The notes beneath the pieces are model-generated. The model searched no databases, had not been told where the DNA came from, and was given only the letters and a program-made list of their open reading frames with translations. Position numbers and translations under genes: made by a program. A stretch of 64,000 nucleotides of DNA from Octopus vulgaris (taxonomy: Eukaryota), in the NCBI GenBank assembly GCA_951406725.2, contig OX597814.1:225308001-225372000 (forward strand), read 5' to 3'. This document shows positions 13,216 through 26,450 of the stretch, in pieces (the stretch's first letter is position 1; each line of letters starts with the position of its first letter).

Positions 13216-14573
13216 CTTTAAAAGTTTGCTAGGTAGTTTATAATAACAACATTTACCACTTCGTTCTAGTCCATGTTTGATGTCCAAAATGTTGCTTTGT
13301 GTTTCTCTGCTTGACACCTACGCTCATTTGCTTTCAAAAACTTCATGTGGCTAAATACTCACTCCACATCAGTAATTGCGTACAGTACAGGGATAAGTGT
13401 TAAAGCTAACTTTGCCTTTCATCCTTTCGGCGATTGATAAAATAAGTAGCAATTGTGTACTGGGCGGGGAGGGTCAATGTAATCGACATACCTCTTCCGC
13501 CGAACTGAGGAGGTCTTGTGTCAAAATTTCCTGAAAATGCCTCCCTTGTGCTTCCTCAAAATTAACAAGTATTTAGTAGCAGTTAATACAGATATCTCAC
13601 ATAGGCACAAGATTTGAATCGCCTGTGGCATATCCCTTACAATTAGATATGTCGATTCTGTTTTAGCTTCTCATTTTAAATCATTGCAGATCACTATTAC
13701 ACTGTGTAACTTTACAAAGTAAAAGCCAATTCACTATTTTATTAGGGTCTAAAGAAAACAACTAACATATTAAGAACATAGATAACTGGGTGTTATAAAG
13801 AATCGAGACCGGGTTTTTAAACCGATACACAATGAACCATTTAGCTACTTATATGAAACTTTTTTGGGGAAAACGTTACTGTGTGAGGTTTATGCTTTTC
13901 CAAAAGCCATTAACTACTTAAGTGGAATAAAGTAGTTACGTGCTTTTCATTTCTAGTGTCCAGACTTCTGTCTTGTGGTAACAACGAGCTCTATAATATT
14001 TTATCATATTTAGAATATGAAACGAAGAGAATGACGAGACAGCAGGTTTGAATTTAATGTTTTACAGTTCCTAGTGTAGTTTCAAACCTCTTGATATTTA
14101 TCTCTAGGTTTCTAACCTCCAAATTCTAATGGAGTAGAGATTTGTAATATGCAAAACTAAACTCCTATTCGATCGACTCCATTCATCCCACGCTTACAAA
14201 TTCTAATGGAGTGCGATGATTCATTTCAGTAACTATGTCTACCAAAATGACTACAGCTACTAATGATAATATTATACAACAAAAGCATGATGTATAATAT
14301 TGTCATGGCGTTGCTCAAGACTCAACAGCGCTAAGCAGATTAATGACACACATTTCTATGGTTAAACATGCGGCTTGTGGCAACATAGTTCTAGGTCAGT
14401 TCGACATTTTTCAGACATAAGTGTATCTAGTTGCTCCGTTAGCCAATGTGTTTAGACTCCTAAAAGAGTAAGTGATGATTTAGACAAATTTCTCTGCAAA
14501 ACGAATGACTGCGCAGAGAAAGAAAACCTATCTCTGTCTCGCTCTCTCACAACACCTTCCCGCTCTTTCTTTC

Positions 14574-14616
<43 letters not shown>

Positions 14617-14773
14617 ATATCTGTGTGTATATTTATCTGTGTGTATATATATCTGTGTGAATGTTTATCCATATAAATATATGTATACATACATGTATAT
14701 GTTTAACGGCGGTGCATCAGCATGGCTGCAGCACTGAGCTGAAACTAAAGAAAAAAAAATACATATCTATCTG

Positions 14774-14922
<149 letters not shown>

Positions 14923-14958
14923 ATTTATCAGTCTATCTATTGATCAATCTACCTATAA

Positions 14959-15009
<51 letters not shown>

Positions 15010-15048
15010 CGTGAATGTGTGTGTGTATGTGTTTGTGTTGTGTATGTG

Positions 15049-15100
<52 letters not shown>

Positions 15101-15624
15101 AGTTTCGAAATTTGAACAGAAACGAAATAAAGGAATAAGCGAAAAATTCACACAGGACAGGATATTGCTAATTCCTCATCAGTTATCGTCCAAAAGATCC
15201 TTACGATTTCACGCCTTTAATGATAATATTGTTCACCTTTGGTGGCGTCAGCGGCGAGAAGCTGCTGGGAATAGCGAATGATGAAAACAAAAGACGACAT
15301 AATGTGAACATATAAACAAAACAAAACAAATATACATTACACAAAACAAACAAACAAAGCCTTGAGGTTCTATGGGTAACGCAAGGAAAATGTCCTAAAG
15401 GATTGGAAACGAAAGGAAAAAATGTGTTGAAAATAGAAAGGAAGAGAGAAAGGCGATCAGGTGAAAAAGGAAATGGAGAAGAAAGATGAGAATGACCAGG
15501 CATCACGTGGCAGTGGGGAGAGAGGGGAAAAGTGGAGTAAGGCAGAGACTGAAAGCAACAGAGAGGAAAGTCGGCAGGGAGAGGGAAGGAGAGAGCGATA
15601 GAGGTGACAGAGAGTAAGCGAGAG

Positions 15625-15681
<57 letters not shown>

Positions 15682-15976
15682 CAGACAGACAGATAGTCAG
15701 ACAGGACAGATAGTCAGACAGGACAGATAGTCAGACAGGTAGACAGACTGAAATAAGCGTCGCACAAAAAAACCTCGACTGAATGGATATACAAATAAGA
15801 ACAAACGTCCGTGCATTTGCATTAAATTATAATCTTCAAAATTTGAACAGAAACAGGAAAACAGAAATTCACAGAGGACAGACAAGCTGTTGCTAGTTTC
15901 TCATTAGTTATCATCCAAAAGATCCTTACAATTTCAAACTTGTAACGACAATATGCATACATGCATACATGCATAC

Positions 15977-16044
<68 letters not shown>

Positions 16045-16078
16045 AAAAAAATATATATTTTGTATGTATGTATGTATG

Positions 16079-16184
16079 TTATTGCATTATCCAGAAACAA
16101 AAGTCATTGTAGTACAGTATGGTTTGCAAAGGTTTAGAGAGTATTTTTAATAGGTATCTACAGGCAAACTAGTAGTGTCATTAA

Positions 16185-16227
<43 letters not shown>

Positions 16228-16295
16228 CATACATACAGCTTAACAGACATGGATACGCGCACACATATACACATACATATATTTATGTATATATG

Positions 16296-16329
<34 letters not shown>

Positions 16330-16825
16330 CATACATATATACATACATTCATGTATATAATAATATATATACATAATATATATATATATGTATATGTATA
16401 TATATATATACATATATACATATATACATGTAAGTATGTGTGTATATATATACCAGCGCAAACAGCGCTCTTTAGCCTTATTTAACATTACCATTAGGCT
16501 TTGTATATGGTAATCAATTGTTACATGTTCTTGTATGTTTATATGTGTGCGCGTATCTATGTCTGTTAAGTTGTATGTATGTAATATATATATATATATA
16601 TATATATATGTGATTTAATGAAACTACGACTTTCGCCTATAGATACCTAGTAAAAACGCTCTTAACAATTTTCTTAAAAATTGATACCGTAAAATATCAT
16701 TGCATGGCGAACCATTCGGTGTCAAAGTCAAACTCCGACTTGGAATATGCTCTTTCTGCAAGTTCCTGAAACCTTTGCAAACCATCATGTGCTACAACGA
16801 CGTTTGTTTCTGGATAATGCAATAA
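16079..16825. mobile_element. Fold-back/MITE-like element with long imperfect inverted arms
   Basis: 16079-16275 is the reverse complement of 16535-16825, for example ttattgcattatccagaaacaaa / tttgtttctggataatgcaataa and cttaacagacatggatacgcgcacacatata / tatatgtgtgcgcgtatctatgtctgttaag. The right arm has an extra ~100 bp. Confidence 0.75.
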
Positions 16826-17942
16826 ATAACATCTGTTGCCAACATCATCACACTATGCTCATAGTGTGACGACATTGGCTTCTTGCATACTGTAGACATA
16901 ACTAAATTATAAGGTGGGTTAAACCAGATTCGTTTGTGCACGCTTATTCCTCTCAAGTCGGAGCAAGTAAAGGGTTCTGCATGTCGGCTAAATTTTCACA
17001 GAAGTCACACTTAGTTAAAGTCTCCAGTTACGTAATCTGCTGCGTACACTTTTCTTTCGTTTGCAGAAATGTGTATGTGTGTATGCGTGTGTGTCTATGC
17101 GCGCGCGTGTGTGCGTGTACACGCTCCTATATTGTTCTTAAGTTTAGCAATATATATGTCATGCATATCGAATATTCCGGGGACGTCGTACTGTCCAATC
17201 TCCTACCTCAACCAGCTCTGACTTACGAATGATCAGGGAGCTGCAAGTGATTTTATGAGTAATCCCACAAAGATACCTGATTTTGATCTTTACGACAGAC
17301 AGGAAAAAAGGCCTTGAATGTCTTTAGAATATTCAAAATATTTATGAAGAGCCGTGACAAAATGTCTTATTTCCTTTAAATTCATATACAGTGGTGTGAC
17401 CAACACCTCCCAGAGATTCACTAATAGCTTATATTTGAGATTACTTCTCGATATAGAGAGTATGAGACGTTGTTCTCAGTACCATTTGTAATAATACACC
17501 ATGTATTCCAAATATAACAGTTACAAGGAAACTTCGTAAAAACACATCGGAGACTCATTAAGAATGTCACCATTTTGAAATCTCCGAAAACCCACCAGTT
17601 AAAGTACTTCAAAGCATCTGGCGATGTCTTGACATTGTTACATTCTTCTTCGAAATGGAGGATACATTTCCCTATTACGGTGCAGCACATCTTAGACACT
17701 TTTGGATGAGCTATCAATGAAGAAGCGCCACTCCTTTTCGGTTACATAAAGTACTGATTGCCTCGAATAGGCAGATTAGATTTGGAAAAAACAACACCGT
17801 AAAACCTACGTGATAATTTTCTTATATGTTACTTGCAGAATTTTATTTAACCAGTTCTATTGGTTGGTCTTAGACGTCAAAATCTCGTCAGTTGACATTC
17901 TGGGAGCAAGATCTCTGGTCAAGTCGTCGGGGGATGCGTCTT

Positions 17943-17978
<36 letters not shown>

Positions 17979-17994
17979 TGAGTGTGTGTGTGTA

Positions 17995-18076
<82 letters not shown>

Positions 18077-18216
18077 TGTGTCTTTTGAGGGTATTTGAGG
18101 GTAGCGTAGATTTATCTCCTTAGCTGCACATATAGAATTGCAATCTGTATAAAGAGTGTCTTCCTCTTTTTCCGACTCGCAGATCTTTCTCTTGAAGTCT
18201 GTTGCACCAATCTCTC

Positions 18217-18273
<57 letters not shown>

Positions 18274-18276
18274 TTC

Positions 18277-18389
<113 letters not shown>

Positions 18390-19217
18390 AAAGATTTTCT
18401 TTTTCTTTTTGGCACTACGAAGTTTGTCTTGATCCTATCAAGGCATGCCAAGAGATACCTTATAGTGTTTATATACTAAAGCAGATGCTGCTACAGATAT
18501 GTACAAACGTACGTACGTACCCACCTACCTACGTACCCACCTACCTGCTTACCCACCTACCTATCTTCCTACCTACACACATACCTACCTACGTGTGTGT
18601 GTATGTGTGTGTGTGTGTGTGTGTAAATTACTCTTGTCTTGATAAACTGACCACAGACACCACATTCATATATCATGGATGGTGTCAAGAGGCTGCAAGC
18701 ATCTGCCAGATGCTTGCATGCTCTTGACACTTTCTCTGACATATGCAGCTAACCTATCCACTATGATAGATGACCTCAGTGCAATTAAGGCCTATCTATC
18801 TATATTCGTATTTACGTTGCTAGAAAGTTCCAGAAAATTCTAGAAATATGTTGAAAATTCTTGAAAGCTCAAGAAAAATATCTATCTATCCCTGCTTGTC
18901 GGACGCTAGTCAAATGGGCTCCACGTAAGTTGGCCATTTTTACGTGTTTAAAAAACTTTTATTGTCAAATATTTTGTTTAAAAGTTGTGCGAGAGCATTC
19001 ACTACAAAACTTTATAAATATTTACATAGAATTTCGCCCCTGTATGGTCGAAATTTCCAGAATTTTGAAGGCATTCGTGGTTTCATTTTAAACAGTTTTC
19101 ATTTTGAAAATGGCAACTGGAAACCACGTGGCCAGCGCGCAAGTCATGCGGAACGCTAGCGAGGCGCTACCCCTACCATTAGCAGCCAAACCTAACAGAC
19201 TGAACACCGCTGTCACC

Positions 19218-19249
<32 letters not shown>

Positions 19250-19346
19250 AACTAATGCCGCAAGGCCATCCACTGTCACCGCTACCAAAGACATCAACTT
19301 AAATTTTCCTCCACTCCCCACACCACACGTCGATTGACTGACAGAC

Positions 19347-19426
<80 letters not shown>

Positions 19427-19936
19427 TTCTTTATTGGCCACACAGGGCTGCACACAGATGGGACAAGTTACAAGGTAGAGCTTTTCTTTTGGGGTTGAAA
19501 AAAACAAAAAACAAAAGAAAAAAAAAGGGGGTGGCGTAGGTTTTCGATCAAGAGGGATCGTAAAAGGGAAGAAAAGAACAAAAAAATAAATAAATAAATA
19601 AAATAAAAAATAAAAAGAAAAAAAAGAAAAGGAAAAGGAACAAAAGAAAAGAGAAATGAAAAAAGAAAAAGGGGAAAAAAAGGGGAAGAGGAAAAAAAAA
19701 ACGATCAATAGGGATCGTGTATTACAGTGCTATGATATATGGTGTAAAGGGGAAAGCAAGTAAGGTTTATCTGTGGGAAGAAAAGCCTACGAAAAGGACC
19801 ACGGTAACCTTGGTCAATATTGTTATATGTTACCACATTTGTTTGCAAGTGGGTAACCCTCTGTTTTTCAAATTCTGGGTTCATAGGATCATGCTCAAAG
19901 TGGCTTCGTCATTCATACGTGCCATTCTTGTTACAT

Positions 19937-22900
19937 TCACCCATTTTTTTTAAAACATTCGCTAGACAAAACTTGCCTCTCTACTCTCACTTTCCTTTTC
20001 AAGTGGTACTTGAAGAAGTTGATGAGAGATTGACCAGAGAGGAAAGTGTTTGTCTCCAATCCTTTCAGACGCGTCCACCAGATACATTCTTTCGCCATAG
20101 CCACAAGGATGATGAAAATAGCTCTTCCTTCTCGTTTGAACGAAGGAGGCGTGACAATATTGACGATAGACTCAGCTGATAAACCGACTCGTCCCACACG
20201 TGACAGCAGTTGTTCGACATAAGCCCACAGGTCGGAAATTGTTGGACACTGCACGAGTGCGTGCAGAACGGTTTCGTCGCTCTGACCGCATCTCGGGCAG
20301 CTCGGCCCCGTGTTTCTCGAGCCGTATCTGTAGAGCTTATCCCGAACGAGTAGCGCTTCTCGGTAGCACTGCCAGGCCAGGGATCTCTGGAAGTTGTCCA
20401 GGGGCCCTGGCCCGAAAGTCGTCCTGAACAGGCGGGTCAGGTACTCCTCGGCGACGTCCAGGTTCGCCCCGAGCTCGTCGTCGTACCTCCCCCCTAATCC
20501 CCTATAGAATGCTTTGGTTGTGTTGAAGTCACTCAAGGTCGACCCAGGACGGCAGAGTTGCTTGAGAGCAACGCGACACTCGCGGTGCCATTCGCCCTTC
20601 CTCGGCCTCTTTTTGATCCACGACTGCAGTTCGGTCATGGAGACGAGCTGCGGGAAAGCGTGCCTCACAAACGGCGACCACACCTGTTCACCGTCGTTTA
20701 CGAAGAGCCTGAGATGTCGCAGTCTCAGCGCGTGTCTGCGCATCATCAACCACGACATGCCCAGTCCTCCTTTTAACGGGTGTTGACAGCAAATGGATCG
20801 CCTGACCATCGGGACGCATCCTTTCCACAAGAAGCGAAAGACAATGCGTTGTAGTTTGGTGATCGTAGGGTCGGGACAAGGCACGACGGTCAGGCGGTAG
20901 TAGATGACGGACGCGATGTACGTGTTCGCCACCTGCGCCCGACCTTTTAGGGACAGTTTCCTCTCGGCCCATTGCCGGGCGAGAGTGACCACCCTACTCG
21001 TTATCTCGTTCCAGTTCTTCTCCACTTGGAGGTCCGGACCAAACCAGACCCCGAGCAACTCAACCGGGCCGTCGGTCCAGCGTCCCACGACGGAGGCGCT
21101 GGTGGACGGCATGGGCTTGCTTCTCCAGGTGCCTAGTCGCAAGCCCACTGACTTTTCCTGGTTGATTTTCGCTCCTGTCACCGCTTCGTAGTTTTTCAGT
21201 GTCTCGCCGACCTGCTCGATGTGCTCGTGGCTAGACACTATGACGGTGACGTCGTCCGCGTATGCAGACACGCTCGTCCCGCATCCCAGTTCTCGTGGGA
21301 TGCCCCTCAAAGTTGCCAGCTTCCGCAATAATGGCTCGAGAGTCAATACGTGTAGAAGCGACGAGAGGGGGCATCCCTGACGGACCGAACGTGCGATGTC
21401 GAAGGGTCTCGATAGATGTCCATTCACGCGAATTACCGAACGGATGCCTCTGTACAAAGCGGCTATCCAGCCGCGGAAGACGGGACCGAAGCCAGCCGCT
21501 CTGAGGACCGCCTCCAAGTAGTGATGGTCTACCCTATCGAAAGCTTTCGATTGATCCAAATTGATCAGCGCCCCACCCTTGTCAGGTTCGTTAACTACCC
21601 TGTCTATGATGTAGCGCATCAGGTGGAGGTTGTCATGGATGGTCCGGCCCGGCACGGCGCATGTTTGCGCTTTGTCGACCAGTTTCTTGATGACAAGCGC
21701 CAACCTCTTGGCTAGCACATTGGCCAAAATTTTCAAGTCTGCATTAAGCAGAGTGATGGACCTAAAGTTATCTATTACATTTCCCTTGTTTAGATCTTTC
21801 TTCAGCAGTGTTTCGGCTCCTCGGCTCACAAAACCAGGAATGCTCCCGTTTTGCTGCCAGTTGCAGTACACCGCCGCCAAGAGATCTCCAAACAAGTCTG
21901 GCATACAATTGTAAAGCTCGTAGGGTAGACCATCTAAACCCGGTGATTTGTCCCTCGAGCATTCTGCCATCGCTTCCTGCACTTCCGCCGCCGTGATGGC
22001 ACCTTCGCAGCACCCTGCCTTTCTTGTCGAGAGTCGTGGTAGGCTATGTAGGTAGGCACTGAAGTCCACCCTACGTTCTTGCCCCCACTCGTCCCGAACA
22101 GTCGGGCAAAAATGCTGCTGAAAGGCCTCACACATTTTACTTGGCTCGAGCAATTCGCACCCCTGTTCATCTACCAGGGACCGAATGGTGGCTTTGTTGC
22201 CCTGTTGCGCCTCTGCCACCCGGGCCTCTCTCGCGGCTCCAACACATTCGCTCCTTAGAGCACGCATCCTAGCTCTGACAGCACACCCTTCGTGTTTGGC
22301 GTTGAAGTGTTGGTCGAGGGCCAACCTCGCCGCCAAAACGTCGGATGCGATGCCGCTTCTTATTGCCTCTTCTAGCTTCTTAACTAGCTCACCCTCTACT
22401 CTATTTCTATCTATGGCTAGTGCTTTGCTGTACCTAATCGCTTCTGCTTTTACTGCTCTCTTGAGGGCAAACCACCATTTGTTGTTGATGATGGCTCCCG
22501 TCAAAGCCCTCTTTACTAGTGTGCTAATCCGGTCTCTGAAAACCTGTCTCGATGGAAAAGACGCGTTTAGTTTCCAGTATCCGGGACCCTGCCTAAGTGT
22601 CTTACCTAAGTCTAGCGTACATGTCACAAGTTTGTGATCCGTGTAGCTGACTATGTGGAATTGTGGACATCCTATGCTTTCTCTGTCTACTGTCCTACAC
22701 AGTATCCTATCTAGATACGATCTCGACGACCCGATGCGGTTGCTCCATGTCCACGTTGGCGTATTCGGGTGGTCTAGTCGGAACCTGTCAGACAGTTGAA
22801 AGCGTCTGAGCAGGTCTCTGAGGCATTTGCATCCCCGTCTATTCCTATCTCTACCCACATAGTCTACATGCGTGTCCAAGGTAGCATTCCAATCCCACAC

Positions 22901-23314
22901 TAAGAGTAAAGGACGAGACGTTCCCAAGAATACTTCTAGACGTTGAAAGAAATCCGCCCGACCTCTTAAGGGCGGTGCGTAGACTGATACGAGTCGAAAA
23001 GCGCACCCATTGCTGCCGTCGACATCCAGGACGACCAGTCTACCCTCCGGGTCTACGAATATTGTCCTTACTTTGAGATCCAGACTCTTGCGAAAAAGTA
23101 CCGCGGTGCCACTACCGCCCATTCTCGGCAGACAGGGGGAAAAATAAATGTTGAACTGTCCGCCAAACATGGTTTTTAGGGCCCGCGGATTGTGGAGTCT
23201 GGTCTCACTTATGGCTATGATTTCTAACTTATGTGACTTTATGTCATTTAAGAGGTACCCTTGTTTCCAAGGGGACCCCAAGCCACGCGCATTTACAGAA
23301 CCGATCTTGATCAT
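19937..23314 (-). CDS. Tx1-type ORF2: APE endonuclease, reverse transcriptase and CCHC finger (1125 aa)
   Basis: SVNARGL, ISETRL, VYAP, (W)DWN, SYLDRIL, TDHKLV; KSPGLDGLP, ITLLNADLKIL, LDQSKAFDRVDH, VRQGCPLS, AYADDVT; CPRC..ETVLHALVQC. Confidence 0.95.
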   Translation of the reverse strand: MIKIGSVNARGLGSPWKQGYLLNDIKSHKLEIIAISETRLHNPRALKTMFGGQFNIYFSPCLPRMGGSGTAVLFRKSLDLKVRTIFVDPEGRLVVLDVDGSNGCAFRLVSVYAPPLRGRADFFQRLEVFLGTSRPLLLVWDWNATLDTHVDYVGRDRNRRGCKCLRDLLRRFQLSDRFRLDHPNTPTWTWSNRIGSSRSYLDRILCRTVDRESIGCPQFHIVSYTDHKLVTCTLDLGKTLRQGPGYWKLNASFPSRQVFRDRISTLVKRALTGAIINNKWWFALKRAVKAEAIRYSKALAIDRNRVEGELVKKLEEAIRSGIASDVLAARLALDQHFNAKHEGCAVRARMRALRSECVGAAREARVAEAQQGNKATIRSLVDEQGCELLEPSKMCEAFQQHFCPTVRDEWGQERRVDFSAYLHSLPRLSTRKAGCCEGAITAAEVQEAMAECSRDKSPGLDGLPYELYNCMPDLFGDLLAAVYCNWQQNGSIPGFVSRGAETLLKKDLNKGNVIDNFRSITLLNADLKILANVLAKRLALVIKKLVDKAQTCAVPGRTIHDNLHLMRYIIDRVVNEPDKGGALINLDQSKAFDRVDHHYLEAVLRAAGFGPVFRGWIAALYRGIRSVIRVNGHLSRPFDIARSVRQGCPLSSLLHVLTLEPLLRKLATLRGIPRELGCGTSVSAYADDVTVIVSSHEHIEQVGETLKNYEAVTGAKINQEKSVGLRLGTWRSKPMPSTSASVVGRWTDGPVELLGVWFGPDLQVEKNWNEITSRVVTLARQWAERKLSLKGRAQVANTYIASVIYYRLTVVPCPDPTITKLQRIVFRFLWKGCVPMVRRSICCQHPLKGGLGMSWLMMRRHALRLRHLRLFVNDGEQVWSPFVRHAFPQLVSMTELQSWIKKRPRKGEWHRECRVALKQLCRPGSTLSDFNTTKAFYRGLGGRYDDELGANLDVAEEYLTRLFRTTFGPGPLDNFQRSLAWQCYREALLVRDKLYRYGSRNTGPSCPRCGQSDETVLHALVQCPTISDLWAYVEQLLSRVGRVGLSAESIVNIVTPPSFKREGRAIFIILVAMAKECIWWTRLKGLETNTFLSGQSLINFFKYHLKRKVRVERQVLSSECFKKNG

Positions 23315-23357
23315 AATCCTAATGAATTAGAATACAAGTGAAAGGAACAGAGGGTTA

Positions 23358-24311
23358 CTTACTGCTCGAAAGTTTTTGCTTTCTTCTCCTTTGGTTTGTC
23401 CTCGAGGAGATCCCAGTACAGTTTCTTTGTGAGATATTTTTGGCATTTACCAACCGCACTGGGGAAAATGCCTTTGAGTGTGTGGTGCAGAGGAATCAGT
23501 AGGGGGTAGGGGTATGTTGCAGGCTTCTATGTATGTCTGTGTAAGTGGTTGTGTTGTTGTTGGTTGTTGAGTGTTTGTGTGTGTTGAGTGCGGTATAAGG
23601 GATGGGGGATCAGTTTTTGTGTGTTTTCTTTGTTTTTCTGTTCCTTTGGTTCTTGCTGTTGTTGGTGGTGTTGGTATTTTTTCAGGTGTTGAGTGGTTTT
23701 TGCTTGATGACGGATTAGCTTGGTGTGCTTCTCTTGTCGTCTTCTGTGTTGATGGTGGTGTGGGTAGTAGAGCTTTTTTTTCGGAGTGCTTTGGTTGTGG
23801 TAGTGGTTGTTGTTGTTGCTCTTGGTGTGCAGTGGTTGGGCACGTCTTTTTCAAGTGTGTTTCGCTTCCACACAAATAGCAGTGTGGTCGCCTGTCCTCT
23901 ACCACTATATAGAGTTTGTAGCCTCCTGGCAGTTCTATAGTGGTGGGTATCTTCTCTATGTGATTTTCCCACATAGTCTTTCTCTCCTAGAACAGCGATT
24001 TCAAGGATGTTTGTCTCTGACATTGTCTCTGTCATTTCAAAGCAGATGGCAGAGACTAACCATTGTGTTTCGACTTCAAGGGGTACATTTTTTATTTGGA
24101 CTTTCATTACTCTCTTGTTTAAATAGACCGGTATCTTTACCAACTCGTCCGAATGCAGCTCCAATGTGGAAAAACGTTTTGCTAAATTTTCGTTGAGGAA
24201 ACGTACTTGGACTGTACCAAATTTATTTCCCCAACTGATATATTCCTTGGAGTCCCATGCAGGACGAAGGCATTTTTCAGTTTTTTTCTGCGGTGCATTT
24301 TCTGGTCGTCT
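23358..24311 (-). pseudogene. Tx1 ORF1 (gag-like, zinc knuckle), frameshifted and 5'-truncated
   Basis: CX2CX4HX4C knuckle CYLCGSETHLKKTC preceded by VEDRRP. Upstream RRM-like text (GTVQVRF, VQIKNVP) is in another frame, and the tail is P/T/Q-rich. Confidence 0.85.
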
Positions 24312-24374
<63 letters not shown>

Positions 24375-24436
24375 GTATGTATGTATGTAAGTAGGTAGGT
24401 AGGTAGATAGGTAGGTAGAAAGACAGAGAGATAGAG

Positions 24437-24498
<62 letters not shown>

Positions 24499-25336
24499 GA
24501 AGAACGAAAGAAAGAAAGAGCGATTACAATTTATCTATGGGAACCGATTGACACAAAAACCTATCACTATCCATCATATTGTTATTGTGAAGCAGAAACT
24601 TAAATGCAGTTTAGTAGTTGAGTAATTTAGTAATTGTAAATAACAATTTAGTTGTCAACTAAAGTAAAAACAAAATTTTCCCGGTGCCAAAAATGATCGC
24701 CAGGACAAAATGTCTGATTTCGAATAAGTCAGCGTCGAATCGGCAACGCCATAATGGCAGAGACAAAACCACTTCGCCAAAGCGTATCTGTCCACTGAAT
24801 TAGCATGTAAGTGGCTGAATATTCTCCAGGCATGTTCACATCCTTTAGTGCTGTCCCCAACCTGGTTAAAATCAGTACAGTGCAGTATATGGTAAGACCG
24901 GAACTTTAAATTGTGTTTTAATCTATCAATTGAAAGGTCTTCCGTACCGTTTCACTCTCTCCAGTTTCAAGTACAAAGCTCCGATCCACCCAAAGCTAGA
25001 ATAAAAGATATTTGCCATAAGCCAGGTCCTTGTTACTTTTAGGTTACCCGCTTAATTCGCCCAAACTGCTACCACTCTTATACATACATGCTGATACACA
25101 CGACGTACACACACCGACCTACACACACGCATATATTCATCCTAGTTCATGCAATTTGTTCCTTCTAATTTCTCTTTTCTTCTATATTTAACTTATATCT
25201 CTGTTGTTCTCATTTTCCTTTTCATCACCTCCCTCTTTCTTCTTGCTTTCCTTCGACAGTTGTTTTATAATCTTTCATTCCTTCTACTTTTGTCCCCTAT
25301 ATTGTTCCTATCACTTATAAAAATACGAAAACAACA

Positions 25337-25367
<31 letters not shown>

Positions 25368-25443
25368 CTTCTTCTTCTTCTTCTTCTTCTTCTTCTTCTT
25401 CTTCTATATGTATATGTGTGTGTGTTTGTGTGTATATATATAC

Positions 25444-25475
<32 letters not shown>

Positions 25476-25482
25476 ATGTGAG

Positions 25483-25574
<92 letters not shown>

Positions 25575-25926
25575 TATAGATAGATAGATATTAATATAAA
25601 TAATATATAAATATATGCATATATACATATATGTACACACCCACACACATATGTATATAATATATACATGCATATATGGGTACAGGACATAAAAAAAAAC
25701 GTTGAACACAATGAGAAACGAAAACATAAAAACAAAAACACAGAAACGAACCTCCTTTCAAACAAAAAAACAACAACAAAAGAACAGAGAAACAAGATAT
25801 ACAACACAAGGAATATTCCCCTTCTTCAGTTGTCCCTGTTCCATCTACTCTACGTTTCATACACACATATATATATACATACACAGACACACACATATAT
25901 TACATTATATTACACACACATGCATA

Positions 25927-25983
<57 letters not shown>

Positions 25984-26215
25984 CTTTTTGGTTTTAAATT
26001 TAAAATAAAATTATCAAAAACAAACAATCAAACAAACAACGAAAACGAGTATAAAAACAAAGGAAACCCCTCTTTCATCCCTTCATTCTTTCTTTTTCAT
26101 CCTTCATATTGATACATACATACACACATACATACACATACATACCCACACACACACGCATATATGTATATATCTATATATATATTAATTAAGTTTGGAT
26201 ATAATTATTATTATT

Positions 26216-26278
<63 letters not shown>

Positions 26279-26431
26279 GCCATTTTAGCCATTAAGTATA
26301 TATTAGATCTCATTTACTTCCTGCAATGTTTTTCTCTTATTCTTTATTGTCGTTTTTGCATCTAATTTTCTGTCATCTTCACTTATTTTCTCCTTTATCG
26401 TAACCTCCAAAGGACACCTGCAGTCACTTAC

Positions 26432-26450
26432 CTGCGAGCACGCACACCAT
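26432..26450 (-). CDS. Candidate first coding micro-exon (M-V-C-V-L-A-G) of an unidentified host gene
   Basis: Minus strand tccATGgtgtgcgtgctcgcag|GTAAGT, a perfect donor consensus in non-repeat sequence. No downstream exon was identified. Confidence 0.2.

Larger units (their letters stand above)
19427..24312 (-). mobile_element. Tx1/L1-clade non-LTR retrotransposon, truncated within ORF1, embedded in (GATA)n
   Basis: ORF1 remnant, ORF2 and a ~500-bp 3' UTR ending AATAAAGAA. (GATA)n abuts both ends (19348-19426 and 24312-24372). Confidence 0.93.

Noticed and set aside
17170-17800. Coding-like non-repeat stretch, possibly a transposase relic
   Set aside because: Stops occur in all frames and I could not assign a motif with confidence.
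20200-22637. Plus-strand ORFs overlapping Tx1 ORF2
   Set aside because: They are antisense shadows of a GC-rich coding region with no motifs.
24680-24795. Short degenerate ~15-bp periodic GCCAAAA-like units
   Set aside because: Probably a subterminal repeat remnant of a DNA transposon, but too degenerate and lacking a partner end.
25805-25860. Minus-strand CTGAAGA followed by a GGAATATTCC hairpin
   Set aside because: No correctly placed GAAA, helix III or stem I.
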